Shown piece after piece: positions 54,801-64,000 of a stretch of 64,000 bases of DNA; within the stretch, counting starts at the first letter, position 1, and every line of letters starts with the position of its first letter. This DNA comes from an uncultured Verrucomicrobiae bacterium (GTDB taxonomy: Bacteria; Verrucomicrobiota; Verrucomicrobiia; Chthoniobacterales; UBA10450): NCBI GenBank assembly GCA_963726745.1, contig CAVSDR010000006.1:640001-704000 (forward strand), read 5' to 3'. The notes below the pieces were generated by a model. It saw nothing but the letters and a program-made list of their open reading frames with translations, did not search any database and was not told where the DNA came from. A program made the position numbers and the translations under genes.

Positions 54801-57123
54801 CACCATCCTGAACCTCAATCCGGGCTCGGCCCTGGCCGGTGCCGGGCGCGTCCTGCTCAATGGCACTACCAACCTCAGCACCCAGCTCACCTCCAGCGGC
54901 CATCTGGAATTAGTCAGCACCTTGAATGGGACGAACCCGGACGCGGGCTACACCGGGACGCACCCGATGGTCTGGAGTTCTGGCGTGATCAATGGCCAAT
55001 TCCGACTCGCGGCCGGGAGCGTGGTGGAACTCACGAGCACCGCCTCAAAGTGGCTTGGGACCGGTGCCGTGTTGAACAACTTCGGCCTGGTCAACTGGCG
55101 CGATAGCGGCCTCCTCCGCGGCTACGACACGTCTACCTTCAACAACGAAGCCGGAGCCATCTTCGACCTCGTCGGCGATGGCGATGTCTTCGGCACGTAT
55201 AACGGCAACAACGTTTTCAATAACAAGGCCGGCGCGACCATCTTGAAATCCATCGGCGCCGCGACCAACGCTTCCGCTTATTTCGACGAGTGGACGATCA
55301 ATAATTCCGGCATGGTCAATGTCCTCCAGGGCACGCTGCACCTGAACACGACCTTCAACCTCAACGCCGGCTCGCAATTCGCCGGCGCCGGCAAGCTCCT
55401 CCTCGACGGCACCACCAACCTCAACGCCGCCCTGGTTTCGACTGCCAACCAGGAATTAGTCGGCATCCTGAACGCGACCACACCCGGCTCCTCCTTCACC
55501 GGCAGCCGGCCGCTTGTCTGGAGTAACGGCTGGATCACCGGCACCTTCCGGCTCGAGAGCGGCAGCGTTTGCGACCTCGCGACTTCGGCGACCAAAAGCC
55601 TCGGCGGAGGCAGCGTCTTCACGAACAAGGGGCGCGTAAACTGGCGCGATGGCGGGCCGCTTCGCGGCTACGATACCTCCACCTTCAACAACGAGGCCGG
55701 CGGGGTCTTCAACGCCGTCACTGACGGCGACATCTTCAGCCAATACAACGGCAACAATGTCTTCCAGAACAAAGCCGGCGCGCTCTTCCTCAAGAGCGGC
55801 CGTAGCGCCGATGCCGCCGGCGTCTCCTGGGTCGACGAATGGAGATTCAACAATTACGGCACCATCCAGTCCGATGACGGCACGCTGCAATTCCACACCG
55901 CGCTCTGGCTTTACCCGGACGGCTTGATCGCGCACAGCGGCACGCTGCCGGCGCTCGTGCGGAGCAGCTATTATTTAGTGCTCACCGGCACCACGACGGT
56001 GCGCAACATCCGCCTGCTGACCGCCGACTGGCACGGCAACCTCGAAGCGGGCACCGCTGGCAATGGCACCATCGCGACTGACCAAGGGGGTGTCTTCGAG
56101 TGGAGCGGCGGCACGGCGCATAACACCGTCAATCTCGCGCCCGGCTCCAACTTCCAGCTCACCGGCGGATTCAAGCAGATCGGTGGTGGCGGACACATTC
56201 AGAATGCCGGCACCGCTACCTGGACCAGCGGGGAACTGCGCGGCTACGACACGTCCACCTTTACTAATCTCCCCACTGCGACCTTCGTCGCCGCGGCCGA
56301 TGCCGCTTTCACCAACTACAACGGAAATAACACCTTTCGGAACGCTGGACGCCTGGTCCTCAGCGCGCCCGCAGGGATCACGCGGATCGATTGGAACTAC
56401 CAGCAAACTGCCACGGGCCGTTTGGACTTCGATCTGGCAGGGACCGCGCCCGGGCAATTCGATCAGCTTCAGCTCGGCGGCTTCGCGGACTTAGCCGGCA
56501 ACATCGGCGTCAGCCTGGTCGGAAATTACACCCCGGTGCCGAACAGCGCCTTCCCCGTGATCACCTTCCCGAGCCGAACCGGCACGCTCACGCCGATCCT
56601 TAGCCTCGGCGATTTCGTGACACACAATTACCAGTCGAACAGCCTCATCCTCGTGGCGAAGGATTACCCGCAGGAGAACGTCGCCTGGAAGCAATACCAT
56701 TTCGGCGATCCTAATTCGCCGGCGGCCCAGCCCTTGGCCAACCCCAGCGGCGACGGCGTGCCGAATTTGCTCAAGTATGCGCTCGGGCAAAACCCAAATA
56801 ACGGCGGCAGCTTTGGCCTTGGCCTCGGCAGCGTGGCCCAGGCCGAAGGCTATCCGTCGCTGACGGTGGAACAAGGCGGCCAGCGCTACCTTGCCTTCGC
56901 CTTCACTCGGCCGGCGGGCGCGGCCGTCCTCACCGACGTCGGCTACTCCGCGGAGCGCGCTTCCTCGGTGAGTTTGCGCGACTGGGCCGCGGCCGACACC
57001 GTGATCCACAGCATCACCCCCGGGCCCGGGCCGGATCGTGAGACCGTGATCATGCGTTCGACCCATCCGATGAGCGCAGCCAGCCGGGAATTCCTGCGGC
57101 TCCGGGTTAATCTCCTGCCGTAG
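48858..57123 (+). CDS. giant (~2750 aa) secreted protein: BNR/VPS10-like propeller, Ig-like domains, seven beta-helix-like repeats, C-terminal Verrucomicrobia-type domain (frameshift near 53920)
   Basis: Signal peptide; STDGG.TW repeats; DNAPP/DANPP Ig-like units; RGYDT...YNGNN...DEW repeats; ORFs 48558..53930 and 54061..57123 join at KQIGGGG/VINNFG; ends GDGVPNLLKYALG...EFLRLRV. Confidence 0.85.
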
Positions 57124-57275
57124 CCACGAAAATAATTGAAATTTTGTGACCCAATCCGGCCAGAAATAACGCGTGATCAGACGACGGTCGGAAGAGGTCA
57201 GGGCGCCGCTTTATTAAGGCTAACCCCGTCCGCTGTTTTACGAGAAAAAGCGTCAATACTTTATACCGAAATACC

Positions 57276-57303
57276 TTGCTAAATCATCGGCAGTTTGTAA
57301 CCT
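57276..57303 (+). promoter_or_regulatory. possible sigma70-type promoter
   Basis: TTGCTA-N16-TAACCT in an AT-rich intergenic region about 30 nt upstream of ATG 57335. Confidence 0.3.
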
Positions 57304-57334
57304 CTGCACCTCGTCCGGACTTCCGCATATCGTT

Positions 57335-58942
57335 ATGAAAACATCGTTCCTTCCCTCTCTCGCTGTCGCTGTTGCTCTCCTTTCGGGTAGCGCCGCCTCG
57401 GGCGTTACCGTCGCTTCCGATCCAGTCGGTTTCGCCACGCTGAGCCTCCCCGCCAACTCCGATTCCTATGTCTCGGTTCCCTTCACCCGGCCCCCGGAGT
57501 TCACCGGCGGCATCCAATCTGTTGCCGGTAATGTCATCACGGTGAGCGGCACACCTGGCTGGACGGCCAACCAATTCGTTTACGCTGGCACTGGCCAGCC
57601 GAAGCATTTCTACGCGCTCATTGGGCCCGGCGGGAGCAGCAATCCCAAGGAAGGTCACACCTACCCGGTGACCGCGAATGGCTCGAACACGATCACGGTT
57701 GACACTTCAGCCGACAACCTCACCGGGATTACCGCCAACACCCAGGTGGTGCTCATTCCCTACTGGACCGTCGCCACCGTTTTCCCGGCGACCGACGCGA
57801 ATATCTCCTTCGCCCCTTCGACCTCCTCGGCTTCGCTCAAGACCCTCGTCCGCGTGCCAAACGATGCCGCCAACGGCATCAACCTGCCCTATCTCGCTGA
57901 CTATTATTTTAGCAGCAACATCGACGGCACCAGTTCGAACGTCGGCTGGCGCAAAGTGGGCGACGGCAACACCGTGGATCATGGCGACGACGTCCTGCTC
58001 CCGGATAGCTACTTCGTCGTCCGCAATCAAAACGGCGCCCCGACCACGGCCCTGACTGCGCTCGGGTCGGTGCTCCTGAAGAAGCTGGCTGTTCCGCTTC
58101 GCACTTCCACCACCGGCCAGCAGGACAATCCCGTTTCGCTTCTGCGCCCGATGGACGTCGCCTTGAGCATGACCGGCTTGAATCCGACCGACGGTTCCTT
58201 TACGGCCAACGATCAGCTGCTGGTCTACAACAACGCGCAGATCGGCTTCAACAAGTCGCCTTCCGCCGTTTATTACCGCGATCCGGCGAATGGTTTTAAC
58301 TGGCGTCTTGTAGGCGATAACAACCTCCTCGATCACGGCAATGACGTCATCCCGCTCGGCACCGGTTTCGTGGTACGCAAAGCAGCGACCGCTTCCGGCG
58401 CGAACGTCTTCTGGACCAATACTCTCCCCGTGCAGGCCGCCAGTGCGGTTTCCCGCAAACTTCACGGCGGCACACCGTTTGACATCAATCTCCCGCTTAC
58501 CACCGGCACGCCCGGCATCGAGCCTCGCAACCTCGGCTCGGGCTATCAGGTCGTCGTCAATTTCCCGGCAGCGGTCACCTTCACCGGTGCAACGGTGACT
58601 TCCGGCACGGCCACCCTCGGCACGGTTTCGGGCAGTGGCACCACGCAGGCGACGATCAACATCACCGCGGCGAACACCGCGCAGTTCGTCACCTTGAACC
58701 TGGCCAACGTAAACGACGGCGTGAACACCAACGATGTGCCGGTGACCATGGGTATCCTCGTAGGCGACGTGAATCAAAACGGGACGGTAAACGCCGGCGA
58801 TACCTTGGTGACGCGGAATCGAGCCGGCGGCCCGGTCGATGCAACGACCTTCTACTCGGACATCAATGCGGACGGCTCTGTGAACGCGGGCGATACCCTG
58901 TCCGTGCGGAATCGGTCCAACGACACGCTGTTCCCGAACTAA
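57335..58942 (+). CDS. TIGR02597-like secreted protein fused to a dockerin-like module
   Basis: VASDPVGF...NSDSYVSVPFTRP..F.G, LIPYWT, LLPDSYFVVR; C-terminal SRKLH...GIEPR...GDVNQNGTVNAGD...DINADGSVNAGD. Confidence 0.8.
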   Translation: MKTSFLPSLAVAVALLSGSAASGVTVASDPVGFATLSLPANSDSYVSVPFTRPPEFTGGIQSVAGNVITVSGTPGWTANQFVYAGTGQPKHFYALIGPGGSSNPKEGHTYPVTANGSNTITVDTSADNLTGITANTQVVLIPYWTVATVFPATDANISFAPSTSSASLKTLVRVPNDAANGINLPYLADYYFSSNIDGTSSNVGWRKVGDGNTVDHGDDVLLPDSYFVVRNQNGAPTTALTALGSVLLKKLAVPLRTSTTGQQDNPVSLLRPMDVALSMTGLNPTDGSFTANDQLLVYNNAQIGFNKSPSAVYYRDPANGFNWRLVGDNNLLDHGNDVIPLGTGFVVRKAATASGANVFWTNTLPVQAASAVSRKLHGGTPFDINLPLTTGTPGIEPRNLGSGYQVVVNFPAAVTFTGATVTSGTATLGTVSGSGTTQATINITAANTAQFVTLNLANVNDGVNTNDVPVTMGILVGDVNQNGTVNAGDTLVTRNRAGGPVDATTFYSDINADGSVNAGDTLSVRNRSNDTLFPN

Positions 58943-58969
58943 GCGCTCGTCCGTCCGAAAAGTTTCTCG

Positions 58970-59008
58970 AGAACGCCGCGTGGTTTTCCACGCGGCGTTT
59001 CTTTTTTT
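58970..59008 (+). terminator. intrinsic terminator
   Basis: AACGCCGCGTGG-TTTT-CCACGCGGCGTT followed by a T-tract. Confidence 0.85.
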
Positions 59009-59028
59009 AGGCTATAACTTCGCAGCTC

Positions 59029-59877
59029 ATGAGTCGCGCTTCCGCCCGTAATCATTCCCTCGGACAGATGGTGCTCAGTTACATCTTGCTGGCTCTTTTT
59101 GGCGCCTTCGCGCTTTTTCCCATTCTTCAGATCGTCACCATTGCGCTGCGTCCGGGCGACCAGTTGCTCTCGACCTCGCTTAGCCTCATCCCCCAAGGCG
59201 CAACGCTGGCGAATTTCCGGATTCTTCTCACCGAGACCGCCTTTCTCCGCTGGGTGCTCAACTCCACCTTGATCGCCCTGGCCGTCACCATTACCGGGGT
59301 CGTCCTCGCTTCCACCGCGGGCTACGCGCTCTCGCGCTTCCGCTTCCTCGGTCGCAGCTCGGTCCTAAACGGCCTGCTCGTGACCCAGATGTTTCCCGCG
59401 ACCATGCTCCTGCTCCCGCTGTATCTCATCCTGATCAAGCTCAGCCTGATCAACTCCTACCTCGGCGTGATTGTGATCTACGCCGCCACCGCGCTCCCCT
59501 TCTGCATCTGGCAGCTTAAGGGCTACTACGACACCATCCCCTTCTCCCTCGAGGAAGCCGCCGGCATCGATGGTTGCTCGCGCTGGCAATCCTTCTACCT
59601 CATCGTCCTGCCATTGGCCCAGCCGGCGATGGTTATCACCGCGCTCTTTTCCTTCATGACCGCCTGGAATGAATACGTCGTCGCGGCCCTCATCCTCCAG
59701 GACGCGGAGAAATTCACTCTGCCGCTGGGCTTGAAAATGTTTCAGGCCAACATGAGCAGCCAGTGGGGCCTCTACGCCTCCGGCGCCTTGCTCGTGAGCA
59801 TCCCGGTGGTCCTCCTTTTCCTGCTCCTCAGCCGCTACCTGGTTTCCGGTCTTAGCTCCGGCGCGGTCAAAGGTTAG
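59029..59877 (+). CDS. sugar ABC transporter permease (MalG-like)
   Basis: NS..IA, AGYALSRFRF, QMFP, LKGYYDTIP..LEEAA.IDG, AWNEY, GAVKG. Confidence 0.92.
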   Translation: MSRASARNHSLGQMVLSYILLALFGAFALFPILQIVTIALRPGDQLLSTSLSLIPQGATLANFRILLTETAFLRWVLNSTLIALAVTITGVVLASTAGYALSRFRFLGRSSVLNGLLVTQMFPATMLLLPLYLILIKLSLINSYLGVIVIYAATALPFCIWQLKGYYDTIPFSLEEAAGIDGCSRWQSFYLIVLPLAQPAMVITALFSFMTAWNEYVVAALILQDAEKFTLPLGLKMFQANMSSQWGLYASGALLVSIPVVLLFLLLSRYLVSGLSSGAVKG

Positions 59878-59941
59878 CCCCCGCGCTTTTTCCGTTCGAC
59901 TCCCCCGGCGCTCCGCGCGTAAAAGCTTAGACCTCCAAGCT

Positions 59942-60715
59942 ATGAAAAGACTCGTCTCCTTCGGTGCTCTCACTCTCCTCGTCACCTGCGGCCTTGCCTT
60001 GGCCGAACCGACCAACCTCGCCGAGGACGATGCCGCCAGTTATGGCAACTGGGAAAACGACAAGGGCAGCGGCACCGGTTTCGGCAATTGGACCCTGGTC
60101 ACGGAAGCGGGCGGCGAGAATCGCCACGCCGGCTTCTTCATTGCCAGCAAGGAGAACAATCCCGACCTCGAAGGCATCGGCAAGGATGGGAAAGCTTTCG
60201 GCCTTTACGCTAATGGCGATGGCTTCGAACAGGCCGTGGCCTTTCGTCCTTTCAACAAACCGCTCGCCGTCGGCGACTCCTTTTCCTTCATGATGGAGAC
60301 CGGGAAATTTGAGAAAAAATCACCGAAAGACGAAGGCGTAAATGGCTCCGTCGGCCTCGTCCTGCGCTCTGGAAACGCCAATGCTGCCACGGGCGATTAC
60401 AACCATGGCGCGCTCTTCGAATTCGGCCATTACCAGGGGAAAGAGAACTACCAGATCTACGATGGCTCCGGCGCCTCGGCGAACGACTCCGGGGTCCCCT
60501 TCACCGATCAGGGCGTCATCGTGACCGTCACGGTCACGGGCGACGACACCTACGACCTGGAAATCCAGGCCTTGCCCGAGAAAAAGCTGACTAAATTGCC
60601 CGGCCGTAAGTTCAGCAGCAGCGGCAAGGCGGAAAGCTTCGCCATCTTCAATCGCAACAGCGAAAAGAACGACGCCTTCTTCAATCAATTCCAGGTCACG
60701 CACGACGAGAAGTAA
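59942..60715 (+). CDS. secreted hypothetical protein (beta-rich)
   Basis: Signal peptide; 257 aa with natural composition. Confidence 0.75.
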   Translation: MKRLVSFGALTLLVTCGLALAEPTNLAEDDAASYGNWENDKGSGTGFGNWTLVTEAGGENRHAGFFIASKENNPDLEGIGKDGKAFGLYANGDGFEQAVAFRPFNKPLAVGDSFSFMMETGKFEKKSPKDEGVNGSVGLVLRSGNANAATGDYNHGALFEFGHYQGKENYQIYDGSGASANDSGVPFTDQGVIVTVTVTGDDTYDLEIQALPEKKLTKLPGRKFSSSGKAESFAIFNRNSEKNDAFFNQFQVTHDEK

Positions 60716-60755
60716 TCTCGCTGTCTAAACCTCTCGCCCTTTCCGGAGCTTTGCC

Positions 60756-62270
60756 GTGAATCAACCGCGCCTGACTTTTTGGCAGATCTGGAATATGAGC
60801 TTCGGCTTCCTGGGCATCCAGTTCGGCTTCGGCTTGCAGCTCGCGAACATGAGCGCGATCTACGCCAAGCTCGGCGCGGAGCCGGATAAGATTCCCATGC
60901 TCTGGCTGGCCGGCCCGATGACCGGCCTGCTCGTCCAGCCGATCATCGGCTCGATGAGCGATCGCACCTGGAATCGCCTCGGCCGTCGGCGCCCCTATTT
61001 CCTCACCGGCGCAATCCTTTCCAGCATCGCGCTTTTCTTTATGCCCGATGCACCGCTTCTCTGGGTCGCCGCCGGCATGCTCTGGATCCTCGACGCCTCG
61101 ATCAATGTAAGCATGGAACCTTTCCGCGCGTTCGTGGCCGATAAGCTCAACCTCGAGCAGCGCACCGCCGGCTTCGTCATGCAAAGTTTCTTCATCGGCG
61201 TCGGCGCCGCGGTCGCGAATGCCCTGCCCTCGATCTTCAAATACTTCGGCGTCGCCGGTCAGGCGGCCAATGGTGTCCCGCTCACCGTGCAGTATTCCTT
61301 CAAGCTCGGCGCGGCAGTCTTCTTTCTCGCGGTCCTCTGGACCGTGCTGACCACGAAGGAAACGCCGCCGGCCGACATGGAAGCCTTCGAGCGCGAACGT
61401 CGGGAGCGAATACCTTTCCGCCTCCAGCCAGTCTTCCTTGCTGTCGGCGTCGCTGCGGGTGCCACTCTCGGCGCTTCGCGCGGCGCGCTCGTGGAGCACG
61501 AGCTCACGCTCTGGCACATCCTCGCCGGCGGCGCCATCGGCGGCGCGATTGCCGCCGTTCTCTCGAAGCCCGAGGTCGCGGTCGCCATTCGCGAAATGCC
61601 CAAGACCATGCGTCAGCTCGCGGTCGTGCAGTTCTTCACCTGGCTGGGGCTTTTCTGCATGTGGATGTTCTTTAGCCTCGCGACCGCGCAACAGATCTTC
61701 GGGGCGACTGATCCGAAGTCCGCGCGCTTTGACGAAGGCACCGAGTTTGGCGGCCAAACCTTTGCCATCTATTCCATTGTCTGTTTTGCCGTCGCTTTCA
61801 TCCTGCCGAAGTTCGCCCGCCTAACGAGTCGCAAAACCGTCCACACCGTCGCCCTGACCTGCGGCGCGCTCAGCTTGCTGTCTACTTTCTTCATCCACGA
61901 TCCCACGTTGTGGCGCTGCACCATGATCGGCATCGGCATCGCCTGGGCCTCCATCCTCTCGATGCCCTACGCGATCCTCTCCGGCGCGCTCCCCTCGAAT
62001 CGCATGGGCGTTTACATGGGCATCTTCAATTTCTTCATCGTCATCCCCGAGATCCTGGCCTCCCTCGCCCTGCAGCCGGTAGTCAAACAGCTCTTCAATA
62101 ACGACCCCGTAAAGGTCGTCATGCTCGGCGGTGGCTCGTTGCTGCTCGCAGCCATCGCCACCCAGTTCGTCTTCGAACCGGCACACCAGGCCGATGCCCA
62201 GCTCCCGGAGATCGCCCGCGATGAAGCGGTCAGCCTTTCCGCCGTCCCGCCGGAAAGTCCGCTTCCGTGA
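60756..62270 (+). CDS. MFS maltose/sucrose-type transporter (MalT/SLC45-like)
   Basis: [58 protein letters not shown]. Confidence 0.92.
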   Translation: MNQPRLTFWQIWNMSFGFLGIQFGFGLQLANMSAIYAKLGAEPDKIPMLWLAGPMTGLLVQPIIGSMSDRTWNRLGRRRPYFLTGAILSSIALFFMPDAPLLWVAAGMLWILDASINVSMEPFRAFVADKLNLEQRTAGFVMQSFFIGVGAAVANALPSIFKYFGVAGQAANGVPLTVQYSFKLGAAVFFLAVLWTVLTTKETPPADMEAFERERRERIPFRLQPVFLAVGVAAGATLGASRGALVEHELTLWHILAGGAIGGAIAAVLSKPEVAVAIREMPKTMRQLAVVQFFTWLGLFCMWMFFSLATAQQIFGATDPKSARFDEGTEFGGQTFAIYSIVCFAVAFILPKFARLTSRKTVHTVALTCGALSLLSTFFIHDPTLWRCTMIGIGIAWASILSMPYAILSGALPSNRMGVYMGIFNFFIVIPEILASLALQPVVKQLFNNDPVKVVMLGGGSLLLAAIATQFVFEPAHQADAQLPEIARDEAVSLSAVPPESPLP

Positions 62271-64000
62271 AGTCGGTCCAGCGCATGGCCGCGCTCGCCC
62301 TTCTAAGCTCGGCTATCTCCCTGCAGGGAGCAGGAGACGGGGCAATCCTGCGCTTTGCGCGCACCGAGAACGCACTCGTATTGCGTTATGGCCTAACGAA
62401 ACCAAGCACCGATCGCCAGACGGTCTTCCTGGCCCTCGGCGACCGCTCCCCGGGCGGGTCGGCAATTCTCCCTTTCGGCGAGAACGCCGAGGGCTCGACC
62501 GTTTTTCTCCCCTTTCGCGCACAGCAGCTTTTCCTCCTGCGACCAGGAAAAAATAGACAGCGCCTTTGGCAAGACTGGCAGTGGGGTCCCACGGCGGACC
62601 TGCCACCGGCCATCCAGGTCGAGTTCAGCGAGAGTGAAGTCAGCGTGACCCTGCCTAACGAGTGGCTGACTGAACGCCCGCAGCTCCAGGTCGCCGCCTA
62701 CGCCAAGGATTTTGGCAGCCAATCCTGGGGCTGGTTTTTCGGCGCGAGCGATCCCACGGTCGCTCCCGGCTTGGGCGACAAATACCTCCCGCGCTTCCTC
62801 GAGCTCGATCTCTCTACACCGGAGAAAGTGTCGGCAAAATCTCGCGCACGCCTCGAGGCCGGCGAACGCCTCCGCATTTACCAGCTCTTCGTGCGACTCT
62901 TCGGCAACACCAACGAGACCCGCCGGGAAAATGGCACCCTGGCCGAGAATGGCGTCGGCAAGTTTGCCGACCTCAACGACGCCGCCCTTGCTTCGCTGCG
63001 CGCTCATGGGCTGCAGCCACCTCTGGCTCACGGGCGTGCTGCAGCAGGCCACCGGCACTGATTATGCCAGCATCGGCCAGCCCGCGGACGACCCCGATCT
63101 CCTCAAAGGCGTCGCCGGCAGCCCCTACGCGATTCGCGATTACTTCGACGTCTCGCCCGATTACGCCACCGACCCCGCGAAGCGAATCGAGGAATTTCGC
63201 GCGCTCCTTGAGCGCATCCACGCTCGCGGGCTCAAGGCGTTGATCGACTTCGTCCCAAATCACGTCGCGCGCAGCTATGCCTCCGACGTCCGGCCGGAGC
63301 TGGACTTCGGCCGGCAGGATGACCGCTCAAAGTTCTTCGACCCAGGGAACAATTTCTTCTACCTCGCCCCGGGCGCCGGCGGCCCGCCGTTGCGCCTGCC
63401 AACGTTGCAGAAAGGGAAGGTCGTTAGTCCTACCTGTCAGCTTCCGGGTTTCGACTGCGATGGCCTCTTTCCCCCGGAGACCGAGCATGGTCGCGTGACC
63501 GGCAACAACCGCGTCACCTGGACGCCGGAGCTTGGGGATTGGTATGAGACCGTGAAACTTAATTACGGCTACGATTTCACCGGCAAAGCCTCCGCCCCGA
63601 AGTTGTATCCCCATGCGGGCGCCGCCGGGGAAACCGCTGCCCGATACCTGGAAGAAGATGGACCAGGTCCTGGCCTATTGGCAGTCGTTAGGCGTGGATG
63701 GTTTCCGCTGCGACATGGCGCACATGGAGCCGCCGGAGTTCTGGCATTGGGCGATCGCGCAGGCTCGCGCGCGCAATCCGGAAGTGGTCTTCGTGGCCGA
63801 AGCTTACGACAACGATCCGGCGAAAGTTCCCGGGAGCGACCCGGTGGTCGCGCAGCTGCACCACGGAAAATCGAACGTGATGTTCGACTTGCTCAATGCC
63901 GGCTTCGACGCGGTCTACGATGACCCGAGCTACAAGGCGGTGAAGAAGATCTACGAGGGCGGCGGCTGGGCCAACGACCTCGATCGCGCCCGCAGCGACG
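62267..64000 (+). CDS. GH13 alpha-amylase family protein with N-terminal extension, 3' truncated (frameshifts near 63005 and 63625)
   Basis: IYQLFVRLFGN, GSPYAIRDY, IDFVPNH, WYETVKLNYG, then GVDGFRCDMAHM and VFVAEAY in a third frame. Confidence 0.88.

Overview
High-GC bacterial chromosomal window, most likely Verrucomicrobiota (Chthoniobacterales-like). The taxonomic call is inferred from a TIGR02597-like protein, a TIGR02999-type ECF sigma/kinase pair, 'NISTR' domains and dockerin-like C-terminal modules. Housekeeping and envelope genes include rlmN, an ECF sigma/anti-sigma pair, two PilT-family ATPases, tRNA-Phe, aat, guaA, rfbD, rfbB, GT-C glycosyltransferases, tRNA-Leu, can, an SLC13 permease and a maltose/alpha-glucan cluster. 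These are interspersed with large secreted multidomain proteins (15.6-29.4 kb, 37.3-39.8 kb, 48.9-58.9 kb) that end in three different recurrent C-terminal modules. About a dozen single-base frameshifts most likely reflect long-read assembly errors. The strongest unexplained signal is a non-palindromic 9-mer, GCCTAACGA/TCGTTAGGC. I counted 23 exact copies by eye, against fewer than 1 expected by chance. It occurs in both orientations and several reading frames, forces rare codons, often supplies stop codons, and is absent from the two big secreted-protein blocks. It is a candidate new DNA-uptake-sequence-like or genome-wide binding motif.
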